Shown here: positions 37,007-47,899 of the stretch, in pieces
How positions within the stretch are numbered: the first letter of the stretch is position 1
Layout: each line of letters starts with the position of its first letter
NCBI GenBank assembly: GCA_000934665.2
Contig: JYFJ02002941.1
Span: 1-48,585, forward strand
Origin: Catajapyx aquilonaris
Taxonomy: Eukaryota
Length of the DNA stretch: 48,585 bases
Direction of reading: 5' to 3'
The notes under the pieces: generated by a model
What the model was told of the DNA's origin: nothing
Database searches by the model: none
The model's input: the letters and a program-made list of their open reading frames with translations, nothing else
Position numbers and translations under genes: made by a program

Positions 37007-37119
37007 CTTGTTGGCTCGTCATCAACTATTAAAGAACTGAATATTCAGTTCTTTAATAGTTGATGACGAGCCAACAAGAATTGGCCGGTGAAGTGCATTA
37101 ATGCCCTTCACCGGCCAAT
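37007..37119. repeat. 72-bp perfect palindrome (37007-37078) followed by a 40-bp near-perfect palindrome (37080-37119)
   Basis: CTTGTTGGCTCGTCATCAACTATTAAAGAACTGAAT|ATTCAGTTCTTTAATAGTTGATGACGAGCCAACAAG; ATTGGCCGGTGAAG(T)GCATTAATGC(C)CTTCACCGGCCAAT. Confidence 0.95.
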
Positions 37120-38353
37120 GGAAAATGTGAAATGTGACTTAGACTACAGTATTAGTAGTAAGGTATTTATAATTTAAGTAAGTATGTAACCCTTGTAAGC
37201 ACATTGATATGAAATACCTTGGAAATACTGAATTATATTGTGGTAATAACAACGTAAACTATATTTTCATAATCGCATTCAATCACAATGCGGCTTCAAT
37301 AGCACGTTACGGGCCTACAATAGTTGGTATTTCATCCCATATAATTATATGAGGGCCATTACATAACGTTCACCTTGCTAATTATTATTACAGGTTGAAA
37401 ATAATGACCTGTAAGCGGAGCAATGGCAGTACTGCAAACACTCAGTGTCTGCAATAAACAAAACGAGAAGTGATACCCCAGTGATACATTAGAGACGCCA
37501 AAAGTGGGTCCTGGACAAATCCACAACAAGGGCAAACCCACAGGTGGTTCCTCCAGTTGCTCCTTATTTCCAGATGATGCTTCCAGTAGTTCCAGTCATG
37601 GAGAATAACTATTGATTCGATACCATCCAGAGGCAGTCAGAGAAACCTCGTTGATCCACCACTGAAAATAGCAAAAGTTGAAATATTTTTCCGGTTGAAA
37701 TTTTTGCTATTTGCCAGCCAATTGCACGATTAAAATTTAGCAATTTACTGTCTTTTTTTTTTGTTAGAACTTATTACCTATTTAAAAGTTCCCATTTAAA
37801 AAGCTGTGCATGGAGTAGCAGGAATTCTCCTTATTTCTCTGACTGCCTCCCACGAGATGGTATCGAAACAATCATTCTCCAGTACACGTCTGGTGAATGT
37901 TCTAATTTGTCCAGGACTTAAAATTGGTTTAATATTAATTCCAGGTTTCTTTGCAGGCGCAGTGACCCCAGCAAGTATTACAACCAGTCCTAATTATTAC
38001 TCTGCTTGCTTCGTAGTGGGATGTTGGATAAATCAGGTTGTTGATTTCATTGCGCTCATGCAACCGCATGGGTATGAGACTGTAGCATATGAGCACTGAG
38101 TCTGCCGTATGATTATTATGTTAATAATATTGGGGTTGCCTCTCTATTTCACAAACCTTTAAAAATATCAAAAATTCAGTGTGAGTTGACAGGACATGCA
38201 CTATGACTATGTTGGTCATTCTAGTTTTGGGCTCTTTATTCGCATTAAAATCATTTCCAGTTTTAACACATTCGCAATTTTCCTTACAGCACCAGTGGAA
38301 GGACACAAGAAGTTACAAGGACCACCAAAGTCGTAGCAGTTGTACCTCGCAAA

Positions 38354-40267
38354 ATGGCCCCAAAGCGCAAAAGTATTGATGTCGGCAATTCCGCCAAGCC
38401 GAAGAGAAGCCGTGAAGTACTTCCTTTAAGTGAGAAGATGAAGATCCTTGATTTAATATTGAAAGAAAAAAAGTCGCATGGTGAAGTTGCCAGAATGTAC
38501 AAAAAGAACGAGTCATCTATTCGCGAAGTGTTGAAAAAGGAAAAAGAAATTCGTGCCAGTTTTGCATGTGCTCCTAAAACTGCTAAAGTTACGTCCGTAG
38601 TGCGGGATAAGTATTTAGTGGAGACTGAAAAGGCATTAAATTTGTGGCTGACAGACATGAACAGAAAGAGTTCTCAGGTGGACGGTTACATGTTGCGTCA
38701 GAAGGCACTGAGCCTGTACCAAGACTTTAGCAAAGGATCCACTGAAAATAGGCACACCAAGGCATTTACCGCAAGTAAGGGATGGTTGTATAGATTCAGA
38801 AATCGGAATGAACTTCAGAATCCAAAAATTACTGAGGATGCCCCGTCTACCGAGGAAGAGTCTGCTGCCAGATTTTCAGCAGAATTGAAGAAGTTAATTG
38901 AAGAAAAGGGGTACCTTCCGGAGCAAGTCTTTAATTGCGATGAAACCATGTTGTTCTGGAACAAGGTGCCGAATCAAACATGTCTCAAAAGTGCAAAGGA
39001 GGCGAAAGGGTTTAAGGCATGTAATGACATGTTAACGTTGGTACTTTGCGGCAATGCTGCAGGGCATATGATCAAGCCAGGCATCGTTTACAGAGCCAAG
39101 AATCCTCGCTCACTCAAGAACAAAAATAAAAATCATCTACCTGTGTTCTGGCAGCACAATAAGGGAGCATCGGTAACAGACACTCTGTTTTTGGAATGGT
39201 TCCGCCAATGTTTCATCCTCGAAGTGAAGAAATACTTGACCATGGCAGGGTTAGGATTTAAAGTTTTGCTGTTAATAGATGATGCAACTGGACATCCTAA
39301 ATTTATTTGCTCTGAAGATGAAAATGTTCACATTTTATTTATACCTACCAACATTACGTCATTGCTGCAGCCTCTTGACCAGGGTATAATTAGGTGGGTC
39401 AAGGCCATGTACACCCGCAAAGTGTTTGATCACATGCGGACAGCCATTGATGCTGACCCAAATGTTGACATAATGAAATGCTGGAAATCGTTCACTATTG
39501 CAGATGCAATAACATTTATAAAAGCAGCAATGGATGAATTAAAACCAGAAATTGTTAATGCATGTTGGAAGCCTATATGGAGTGAAGTTGTTAATGACTT
39601 CAACGAGCGTCCGGAGATTGATGAAGAGGTTGAGAAAATTCTTCAGGTAACAAGAGAATTCCGTGGAGGAAGAGTCGTCGATATGAGTGATGAAGAAGTG
39701 GAAGTACATATTGAAGGCCGTAAAGAAGTGTTGACAAGTGAAGAATTGGTAGAAGTTGTTATATCAGCATCGGAGGACGAGGGAGAAAATGAAGCGGAAG
39801 AAGAACCAGCAACGTGGACATTGCAGAAATTTGGTGAAGTTTTTCAGATGGCGCAGAATCTAAAGGACAAAATTATGGAATACGATCCTTGGATGGAACG
39901 CAGCATACAAGTTAGCCGTATGATCACAGAAGCTTTACGACCCCTGCAACAACATTTTGACGAATTAAAAGGTAGGAGCACCAACTTCCTATTACAGCGT
40001 TTTTCAAAAAGGAACAAACACCATCAACTTTGTCTTCTCTGGCCATTCCAGGTTCTCCTTCATCTTTCGTCGCTCCAAGATCACCTGAAGCAGATGACCC
40101 TTCTGGTGTATTGTCAGGAGATACATAGCCTGATACTCTCTGTACCAATCTATGTCATTCACTTCCCTTCATCGTACCAGGACATCGTGTCTCCCGCATT
40201 TCATCATTGTGATCAAGTTTCATCACAAGATGAACGAAGAAGCTGGATGGTGAGTAGTGTTAGATAA
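38354..40267 (+). CDS. pogo/Tigger-family transposase (TIGD/CENP-B-like HTH domains plus DDE_1 domain); C-terminus after ~39970 frameshifted
   Basis: LSEKMKILD..EVARMYKKNESSIREV (HTH), FTASKGWLYRFRNR, VFNCDET, LLLIDDATGH, LLQPLDQGII. A splice acceptor TTTCCTTACAG at 38289 lies upstream; I found no flanking TIRs. Confidence 0.9.
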   Translation: MAPKRKSIDVGNSAKPKRSREVLPLSEKMKILDLILKEKKSHGEVARMYKKNESSIREVLKKEKEIRASFACAPKTAKVTSVVRDKYLVETEKALNLWLTDMNRKSSQVDGYMLRQKALSLYQDFSKGSTENRHTKAFTASKGWLYRFRNRNELQNPKITEDAPSTEEESAARFSAELKKLIEEKGYLPEQVFNCDETMLFWNKVPNQTCLKSAKEAKGFKACNDMLTLVLCGNAAGHMIKPGIVYRAKNPRSLKNKNKNHLPVFWQHNKGASVTDTLFLEWFRQCFILEVKKYLTMAGLGFKVLLLIDDATGHPKFICSEDENVHILFIPTNITSLLQPLDQGIIRWVKAMYTRKVFDHMRTAIDADPNVDIMKCWKSFTIADAITFIKAAMDELKPEIVNACWKPIWSEVVNDFNERPEIDEEVEKILQVTREFRGGRVVDMSDEEVEVHIEGRKEVLTSEELVEVVISASEDEGENEAEEEPATWTLQKFGEVFQMAQNLKDKIMEYDPWMERSIQVSRMITEALRPLQQHFDELKGRSTNFLLQRFSKRNKHHQLCLLWPFQVLLHLSSLQDHLKQMTLLVYCQEIHSLILSVPIYVIHFPSSYQDIVSPAFHHCDQVSSQDERRSWMVSSVR

Positions 40268-41119
40268 TTTTTGAAAGAGACAGCACATTTACAAACATGT
40301 TTTAATTACAGGACAGCGCTGTCTTATTGTAACTATTCTGCTTCGTTGCGCACCAGAGCCAGTTTCCTATACACTTGCAAGATCAGCCGCTTCCAAGCCA
40401 GGACCAAAAGTATTACGCCTGAGAAATGTACAACCGCATGTGTGGAACTCATCCGAAGTTTCCAACTCGGAAAATGTGGCATCCGTCATCAGTGACCAAC
40501 TCTCCCTGTGTCTCATCTGTTTATTCTCGCTGCAAAATGCGATCAACAATGAGCAGAGTAAGAACTTTAATGCAGAGATGGACTTTTTCAGAGCAACGTT
40601 AAGGAATTTTTGTAATTCTTTGTGATAAACAACTTAATAATGACGATGAATGACCTCATATAAAGCGAGACAAAGTGTGCAATTGTGCATGGACATTAGG
40701 GCAGTAGCTGTCGATGGGCCAGTTTTATGCTGAAATTTTTACAACTCGTAGCAGAAAATAAAATGATAAAAATTAATTAGCGTTTGCATTATTTATCCAC
40801 TGCTCTGGATTTTTTTAAATGAATATTTTCTTCACACTAATTAACTTTTACGGTATGTATGCTCCCAATTAATGATAAATCAGTCACCAGATGTGCATTT
40901 TCACCCCCATTTTAACTAGCATGCCACTATTTCCAGGGTAATACATGTTATAATTATTAAAGATATTATTCGGCATGTTGTGAATACAGTTTAATATATT
41001 GTAGACTCAGACGACTGAGGCATATTAAGCAGCACATAAGGTCACATACTGCTGTATTCATAGTAGACACCTGTCCTTCAGTTTCCAATCACTTCAACGC
41101 CTGTCCCCATACCATTTTT

Positions 41120-41132
41120 GTTTCTAAGCGAC
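41120..41132 (+). promoter_or_regulatory. Candidate RFX X-box (GTTTCTAAGCGAC)
   Basis: 12/13 identical to 7233-7245; ~180 nt upstream of the donor CAG|GTAAAT at 41312. Confidence 0.45.
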
Positions 41133-41667
41133 GAAACAATCATCAAATCAGTTTACTGTGAAGGAAGAATGTCCGTAGCACATTTTTAAGGTGCTAAAAC
41201 ATTACTGCTTGAGAGGCAGGATATACAAATGCTAAGCGAGTGGACCTGATTTTTGAAAGGATTCCAGCCATTATCTGGCAGCCAAAGAAAATATTGGAAA
41301 GACCTCCTCAGGTAAATATTTCATGGTAAAACATGTCATATGTCCAGTGTTAGAGTAAACAATTAAATATACTATTGCTGAGCTGCAATTTGTGAGTTTG
41401 TAGTTGCAATACACTCACCCAAAAAATAATAATAAGGCGTTAATATCGTTTATTAAATCATGCACAGAAATTAAATGTCAACATTTTTACATAATAGGAA
41501 AGTTTAACGCAAATCTAGTTCTGCAGCCATTCTTTAGGGACAAAGTAATATTTCAAGACCCAACAAATTTGCATCATTTAATTTGGTTAATAAGTGGTAG
41601 TGACTCGAGAATTTTTCTCCACAGAATAACGTAATGACAACAATGATTCACTTTCAGATATTAGCAA

Positions 41668-42717
41668 ATGGCCAACAAGCAATATTCCTTGACCTACACA
41701 GACCTGCTGCCGTATCACTTCGAGTGGAGAATCAGAGACTTCAGTGCCCGAAGGGATGCGGGACTTCTGAAGGACTTGCATTCAGAACCATTCCAAGTGA
41801 AAATCGGTGATGACATTGCCAATTGGAAGATAGAGATTCACTATCCCACCGTGTCATTGCGCTTCAACAGGCACACCGACTACCTTTCCTTTTTCTTGAA
41901 GTACTATGCAGCTCCAAACGGAAGGAAACAGTATCTGATTAGGAACGACTCGTACCGACTGAAGAGCTGTAGTGGGGAGGACTACGCCATGCATTCGCAT
42001 GGCACCACCGTTTACCAAAAAGACGGAATGGGGTACCCCTTGTTCATCAGGATGGCAGAACTGGAGCCTAGGAAACACGACCTCTTGCCCAACGACACCA
42101 TGACCCTCATCTGCAGAGGTGACATTCTGTTGGGGGTCGAAGTTAAGTACACGACACCAGCTCTAGCCATCAAGGCATCCACAATATCCGTTGATTACCA
42201 AGAGCTACTGGAATCTGGTGTAGGGAGTGACGTGACTCTGGTAAGCCAAGGAAAGGAGATAGCGGTTCACAGGGTGGTTCTTCAAGACCGCAGCCCAGTG
42301 TTTGCAGCCATGTTCACTCACGACACACTGGAGAAACACACGGGCAAGATTGTCATAAAAGACTTGGATCCTGCAGTGCTGCAAGCGATGGTTTATTTCC
42401 TGTACACGGACCAGGAACCTCCGAACCTCCCAGTAGTAGCCATGGACCTGTTCATGGCAGCAGACAAGTACGACCTGACCAGACTCAAGACCATGTGCGA
42501 GAAACACCTTGCCGACACCCTGAACTTGTTGAATGTGATACCTCGACTGCAATATGCCATTGTACGGAACTGCAACCAGCTGGCGGACATTTGCTTGTGC
42601 TACGCAAAGAGTCACATGAACATACTAGTTAACAGCCCTTCTTGGGCTAATGTGTTTTTATCAGAGTATTCTGAAGCCAGACTTGCCTTGTCCAATCTGG
42701 AAGGCATTCAAGTGTGA
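41668..42717 (+). CDS. SPOP-like MATH-BTB protein, single module, 349 aa (close to the 7582 and 45717 genes)
   Basis: FEWRIRDFS...YLSFFLKY...GMGYPLFI...LPNDTMTLIC; BTB VHRVVLQDRSPVFAAMF...AADKYDLTRLKTMCE. Confidence 0.92.
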   Translation: MANKQYSLTYTDLLPYHFEWRIRDFSARRDAGLLKDLHSEPFQVKIGDDIANWKIEIHYPTVSLRFNRHTDYLSFFLKYYAAPNGRKQYLIRNDSYRLKSCSGEDYAMHSHGTTVYQKDGMGYPLFIRMAELEPRKHDLLPNDTMTLICRGDILLGVEVKYTTPALAIKASTISVDYQELLESGVGSDVTLVSQGKEIAVHRVVLQDRSPVFAAMFTHDTLEKHTGKIVIKDLDPAVLQAMVYFLYTDQEPPNLPVVAMDLFMAADKYDLTRLKTMCEKHLADTLNLLNVIPRLQYAIVRNCNQLADICLCYAKSHMNILVNSPSWANVFLSEYSEARLALSNLEGIQV

Positions 42718-43168
42718 ACAGGACTCCACGGTGCGAAGGGAAACAGAAAATATGCCTAATACTAACTTGGGCAATAGAATATCGCTGTACAGAACAATGG
42801 TGAATCCTGTCGCGACTTGCAATAAATTTTTTTATTGAGACTAATTCCTGCACACTGTGACTGTGTATTCATCTATTCCTCTATCTCGAACCTGCTGAAG
42901 TTTCTGTGTATAATTCTGCTACACTGCAAATGGATATTCATTCAGCTCATTACACTTTGCTCTTTCAGTCGTTGACATTGGATTGATTTTATCAGAGCGA
43001 GATATTCTGCAAAAAAAAATCTAATTTACAACGTTGGACATTTGGGCCTCGTTAAGCTTGATGACAAGAATTTTAAAAGTGTGTCCATCTACACACTGGA
43101 CCACGCAGGGATTCTGCAAATTAAATTTCATATTACACTGTAATACTCTTGGACATTATTGCGGAAGT

Positions 43169-43181
43169 GTTGCTAAGAAAT
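43169..43181. promoter_or_regulatory. Candidate RFX X-box (GTTGCTAAGAAAT)
   Basis: Perfect GTTGCT half-site plus a degenerate second half, ~106 nt upstream of the donor AA|GTGAGT at 43287. Confidence 0.35.
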
Positions 43182-43404
43182 AATAATTTGTTTACAAAAT
43201 TATTTGACCTTCCTGCTCATGTCAGCAGCTTCCAAATCTCAGTAGTTTCTACAAGCGTGTTAGAGAAGATTAGTCATTATGCCAAAGTGAGTATAGGCTG
43301 ATTTTATGTAGTAAACAGTGTGAAGTGCCAAGAGCCGAGTTTAATAAGCATAATATTATGATTACCACCAATTCATTTTTTATTTTTTTTTCAGGACAGT
43401 GAAA

Positions 43405-44491
43405 ATGATCAGACAAGATGCTCCTGAGTTATGCGAGCACTTGCAGACACTCCAGTTCACCTGGTCGATTGAGCACTTTGAAGACTTAATGGTAAACATC
43501 CCTGTGAAGAGCTTCAGGTCCTCAAAATTCTCAGTCACATTCGGATCCGTCCCAACCCAGTGGCAACTGAAGCTTAATTTTCATGGCCCAAGAAACTGCT
43601 ATTTCCTTCTCTCCAACTCCATATCCCTGTACCTCATCCAGCTTCGCAGCCAACACTGTCCTAAAGCAACTGCTCATTCCTGTTCACTGATCATCAAAAG
43701 CTCAACCAACTTCGAATACACTAAGGATATCAGAGTAGGAGCAGACCTGTACGACTCAGAAGATGAGACACAATGGGGTGTTGCCAGGTTCGTATCATGT
43801 CCATTTGTACGCTTTGCAGTTTGAGTAATTTAAATAATTTTTTAGGTTCATCTCATTGGCGTACTTGAGCGCAAGGAAGCTGGATCTAGTGCCAAGCGGC
43901 ACCTTGACAATCGTCTGCAAAGGAGAGTTCGGCATGGTTCTACCTGAGGATCATCACAAGGAGTCGACCATATCTACACATTTCCTGCAGCTTTTGGAGT
44001 CCAGTGAAGGAAGCGATGCCTTGTTGGTTTCTGCAGGGAAGGAGATACCGGTGCATCGTCTGGTCCTGCAGGCTCGCAGCCCTGTGTTTGCAGCCATGTT
44101 CGGTCACGACACGACCGAAAAGAGCACAGGAATAGTCCTAATTTCAGACGTGGATCCGACTGTCCTGGAAGCAATGGTAAGGTTTCTGTACACGGACCAG
44201 GAACCACCTAACATGTCCGAAGTGGCTGAAGACCTGCTGGTAGCAGCGGACAAGTACGACCTGAGCAGACTCAAGACCATGTGCGAGAGACACCTGTCTG
44301 ACACCCTGGACGTGGGCAATGTGATTCCTCGACTACAGTTCGCCATCAGCCACAACTGCGAGTGGTTGAAAGAGGCTTCCTGCTCATTCACTCTGTCCAA
44401 CTTGACTCTGATGAAGAAATCTGTTGTCTGGGGGAAGAACTTGGTGGAAAAGTATCCGGATGCTGTGGGAGAGATGTTGGAGCACATGTAG
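43405..44491 (+). CDS. SPOP-like MATH-BTB protein, 2 coding exons (43405-43787, 43846-44491), 342 aa
   Basis: A 58-nt GT-AG intron (43788-43845) restores QWGVAR|FISLAYL, matching the family WG..FI motif. The BTB domain is intact. Confidence 0.9.
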
Positions 44492-45716
44492 TATATAAAT
44501 TGGAAGGGGCGCTCCTGGATTCTGAATTAACCTGCATGGGTTTTATGATCACGCTCAAGTGTTTGGAATAATCACTAATTGGGAAAACCATATTTGCCCT
44601 ATTAGACTATTTATTTGAATGCACTAATAATAATGTGCAACTGGAAATTGTACTTGTCATTTCCAAATTAAACTGAGGCCAACAATTAGTAGCATTCGCT
44701 ACACAAATGCTTCATCGGCTAACTGTTTGTACACGACTCATTACAATTACATACTGCATATAAAATAATTGTAAAAATTAAATTCAAATATTTCGTTCTG
44801 TATTAGCCAATAAGGTGTCAATAAAATTGTCTGAAATCTACGTTTATTTTTGCAGTAGCACAATTTGTGTATGGCAGCCTACTCTAATTAATTTTGAGCA
44901 CATTTCCGGTTAATCAGTGAAACATGGAATGATAATTGAAATTTGTCCTATGTCGAAATCTTTTTAAATAAGTACTATGCTACTTATGTTGGGGACTTTC
45001 TTTTTCAACCAATGTTGCATAAAACATGCTTCTTGAGGCCATTTTAAATTGCATGGAATTATTACTGCTGATCTCATTTTATTCACCTATACAGTTCTGT
45101 CACGCATGGCTACTATTTTCCGCAGCTGTATAGGTCAGGTTGAACAGCCCCCAGAAAACATTTTCAGCCAGAAAACTGCCAGAAAAGTTTGTCATTCATT
45201 ATTGACAGCATAATGTCGACAACAATGAACATAACAAACTTTGGCTCTTTTCCAGCTCAAAAAAAAAGTTTTTTGGAGAATGTTATACATATTGTTGGGT
45301 GGGACAGTTAATGTATGATCATTTAGCGTGAAAAGGCAATTATGCTTCTCTTCACTATTTACCTAATGATATGCGCCTGCATTAGCCATATATGTAGAGG
45401 CTTTCTAGCCCAGTCATAGATCAATGGCAGTGTTTACTATTGACTATTGTATCCTGGTAATGCCAGAATGACAATATTATGCATGAAAGCTCATGAAATC
45501 CATTTTTTTGGAACGTTAAAAATTGCTGGTAAAAAAGCCACAGTCATAGTGTACAGTACCAGTACACAAGAGTCCGGCCAACAACAAGCGTGCGATACAA
45601 GAAAATTTGTAAACAGACAAGTCATTCTCGTAAGTATTGTGCAATGTTCCATAATAATTCTATAGGTTTCACTCTTCTATAAAATAATCTACTGTCACTT
45701 TTTTCAGACAAACAAA

Positions 45717-46751
45717 ATGGCCAAGAAGCAATGTGCCTTTACTCACATCAAGCTGCAGCCGTTTCACTTCGAGTGGACAATCAAAGGGTTCAGCACTCTC
45801 AAGACTTCTGGGCTTCTCAAGAGCTTGACATCAGAACCATTCCACGTAAAACTCGGAACGGAAACATCCACTTGGAAGATCGATGTATGCTATCCTGGCA
45901 TATCGGAAGAAGGTCCAGCCCCTGACCACATCTCGCTCTACCTTAAATACTGCCCATCGGAAAATTCAGCAAGAGACTGTCGCATCACCAACGACTCCTA
46001 CATACTTAAAAGCTTGTCAGGTAACGACCATGTAAAGCACTCATCTAGTGTCACAAAGCATCGGAAGATAGGAGTGGGATACCCAGAGTTCATCACGATA
46101 GAAAAACTGGAGTCGGAGAAGAGTGATCTTGTGCCCAACGACACCATGACACTCATATGCAGAGGTGACATTATTGTGGGGCCCAAAAGCGACAATGGAG
46201 TCCCGACTATACAAGTCAAGAAGTCCACGATGTCCGCGGATTATCACCAACTACTGGAGTCTGGTGTAGGAACTGATGTGATTCTGGTAAGCCAAGGAAA
46301 GGAGGTGCCGGTTCACAAGCTGGTTCTTCAAGCTCGAAGCCCTGTGTTTGATGCCATGTTCACTCACGACACAATGGAGAAACACACAGGGAAGGTTGTC
46401 CTAAAAGATGTGGATCCTCCAGTTCTGGAAGCGATGGTACGATACATCTACACGGACCAGGAACCTCCGAACCTTCCAGAAGTAGCCACAGAACTACTGG
46501 TAGCAGCGGACAAATACGACCTGATCAGACTCAGAACCATGTGTGAGAAACACATGGCCGGTACACTGAACGTGGACAACGTGATGCCTCGATTGCACCG
46601 TGCAATTTTACACAACTGTACCGGACTGACGGAAGTTTGCTTGGACTTTGCAAAGTACAACATGGACGAACTGATAAGAAGTCCTTCGTGGCCCAAGTTA
46701 TTTCATGCAGATTGCACCGAGGCCATGCTTGCAGTGTTAAACTTTCTTTGA
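45717..46751 (+). CDS. SPOP-like MATH-BTB protein, single module, 344 aa
   Basis: FEWTIKGFS...DHISLYLKY...GVGYPEFI; BTB VHKLVLQARSPVF. Acceptor TTTTTCAG at 45707 and putative UTR donor at 45630. Confidence 0.92.
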   Translation: MAKKQCAFTHIKLQPFHFEWTIKGFSTLKTSGLLKSLTSEPFHVKLGTETSTWKIDVCYPGISEEGPAPDHISLYLKYCPSENSARDCRITNDSYILKSLSGNDHVKHSSSVTKHRKIGVGYPEFITIEKLESEKSDLVPNDTMTLICRGDIIVGPKSDNGVPTIQVKKSTMSADYHQLLESGVGTDVILVSQGKEVPVHKLVLQARSPVFDAMFTHDTMEKHTGKVVLKDVDPPVLEAMVRYIYTDQEPPNLPEVATELLVAADKYDLIRLRTMCEKHMAGTLNVDNVMPRLHRAILHNCTGLTEVCLDFAKYNMDELIRSPSWPKLFHADCTEAMLAVLNFL

Positions 46752-47899
46752 AACACACAGTGTTACATATCAAAAATAAAGTGTATCCTGCTTACATGTA
46801 TTTTGCCTTTTTCATTATCACGTGTAGCCTACTATAACACGCACTGTATTCGTGTGGTGTCTACAGTACATTTTTGCGTGTTATAGTACTAGTATTTTGC
46901 CCATTTTATATAAAAAAATAGAATTCATACAATAATTGTCACCAGATTTAGTCTCCTTGATCTTTTGGAGCCACATTGCGGAAATTAAAGTTGCATATAT
47001 AATTTTTATTGCACTAAACACGACAAACAGAGGCATATTGAGCCTTGCAAAAGTGGAGCAAGGGTTTCTGATATACACAAAAATTCACTTTCATGTCCCG
47101 AGTCATAATTTTCTAAACATTGCTTGTACATGTCACTAATCCGGTTTCTGGCCATCATTCCGACACGAAAAGACAGTGAATAAGGTGTGAGAGTGAAAAT
47201 ACCTTCGACCATACCAGTTCGATGCGATCCGGTCTTTTTATAGCCCCCCTCTATATGCCCGGGAAATGATTGAATAGTCACCGATACTCCAAATCAAGGC
47301 TCTTGATCTCCACTAATGAGACTTGGAGGTCCTTGAAAACGATCCAATCAGGAAGCGCTGGGTGTCATTGAATCGTATACACAACCAGCCTCCATTCAAC
47401 TTTCACACGTGTCCGGATCATTTCTCTCGTCTGTTCCATTGTCGGGTTGAGTACCCCCCCCCCCTAAAAAAAAGATCGGACGGTTAAATTTTCACCCCAT
47501 TTGCTGAAGCTTCTGCATTGTTGAAAGTAGGTCATGGGCTATGACGGTCATTCGTCAGTCACGGGGCCCAAAAAAGGAAGATGTCAAAGCTAAACAAAGA
47601 CGGGCAACTCTGGCCCAAATTTTTCTGGAATGAGATTGGGGGACATGTGGAAACAAGGAAAATTGCATGTCATCCGAAGCTTTTCCACTGGTTTTGTCGT
47701 ACCGGCAGCTGAACATTCGGAGGGAGAATTTATCGGGAAAATAAATTAAATCGTGTGCCATTTAATTCTGTAATCTGTGTGTCTTAATATGTTCCATCAA
47801 CATATGAACACAATTGGCTAAATATGAGACAATATAATAAGAAGCGCATTTACTGAACATATTTAAAATTTAAACACAAAAATTAAATCAAATAAAAAT

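Noticed and set aside
39971..40267. C-terminal ~100 aa of the 637-aa ORF as a novel domain
   Set aside because: Out-of-frame read-through; the authentic transposase tail with the PIP box is in another frame.
7582..46751. Assigning the symbol SPOP/rdx to any MATH-BTB gene
   Set aside because: All are far too divergent in MATH (no intact DWGFKKF) to be the conserved ortholog.
47320..47440. THAP-like peptide DPIRKRWVSLNRIHNQPPFNFHTCPDHF
   Set aside because: Only the W and CxxHF pattern match; there is no upstream C2/FP motif and several stops precede it, so it is too weak to call.
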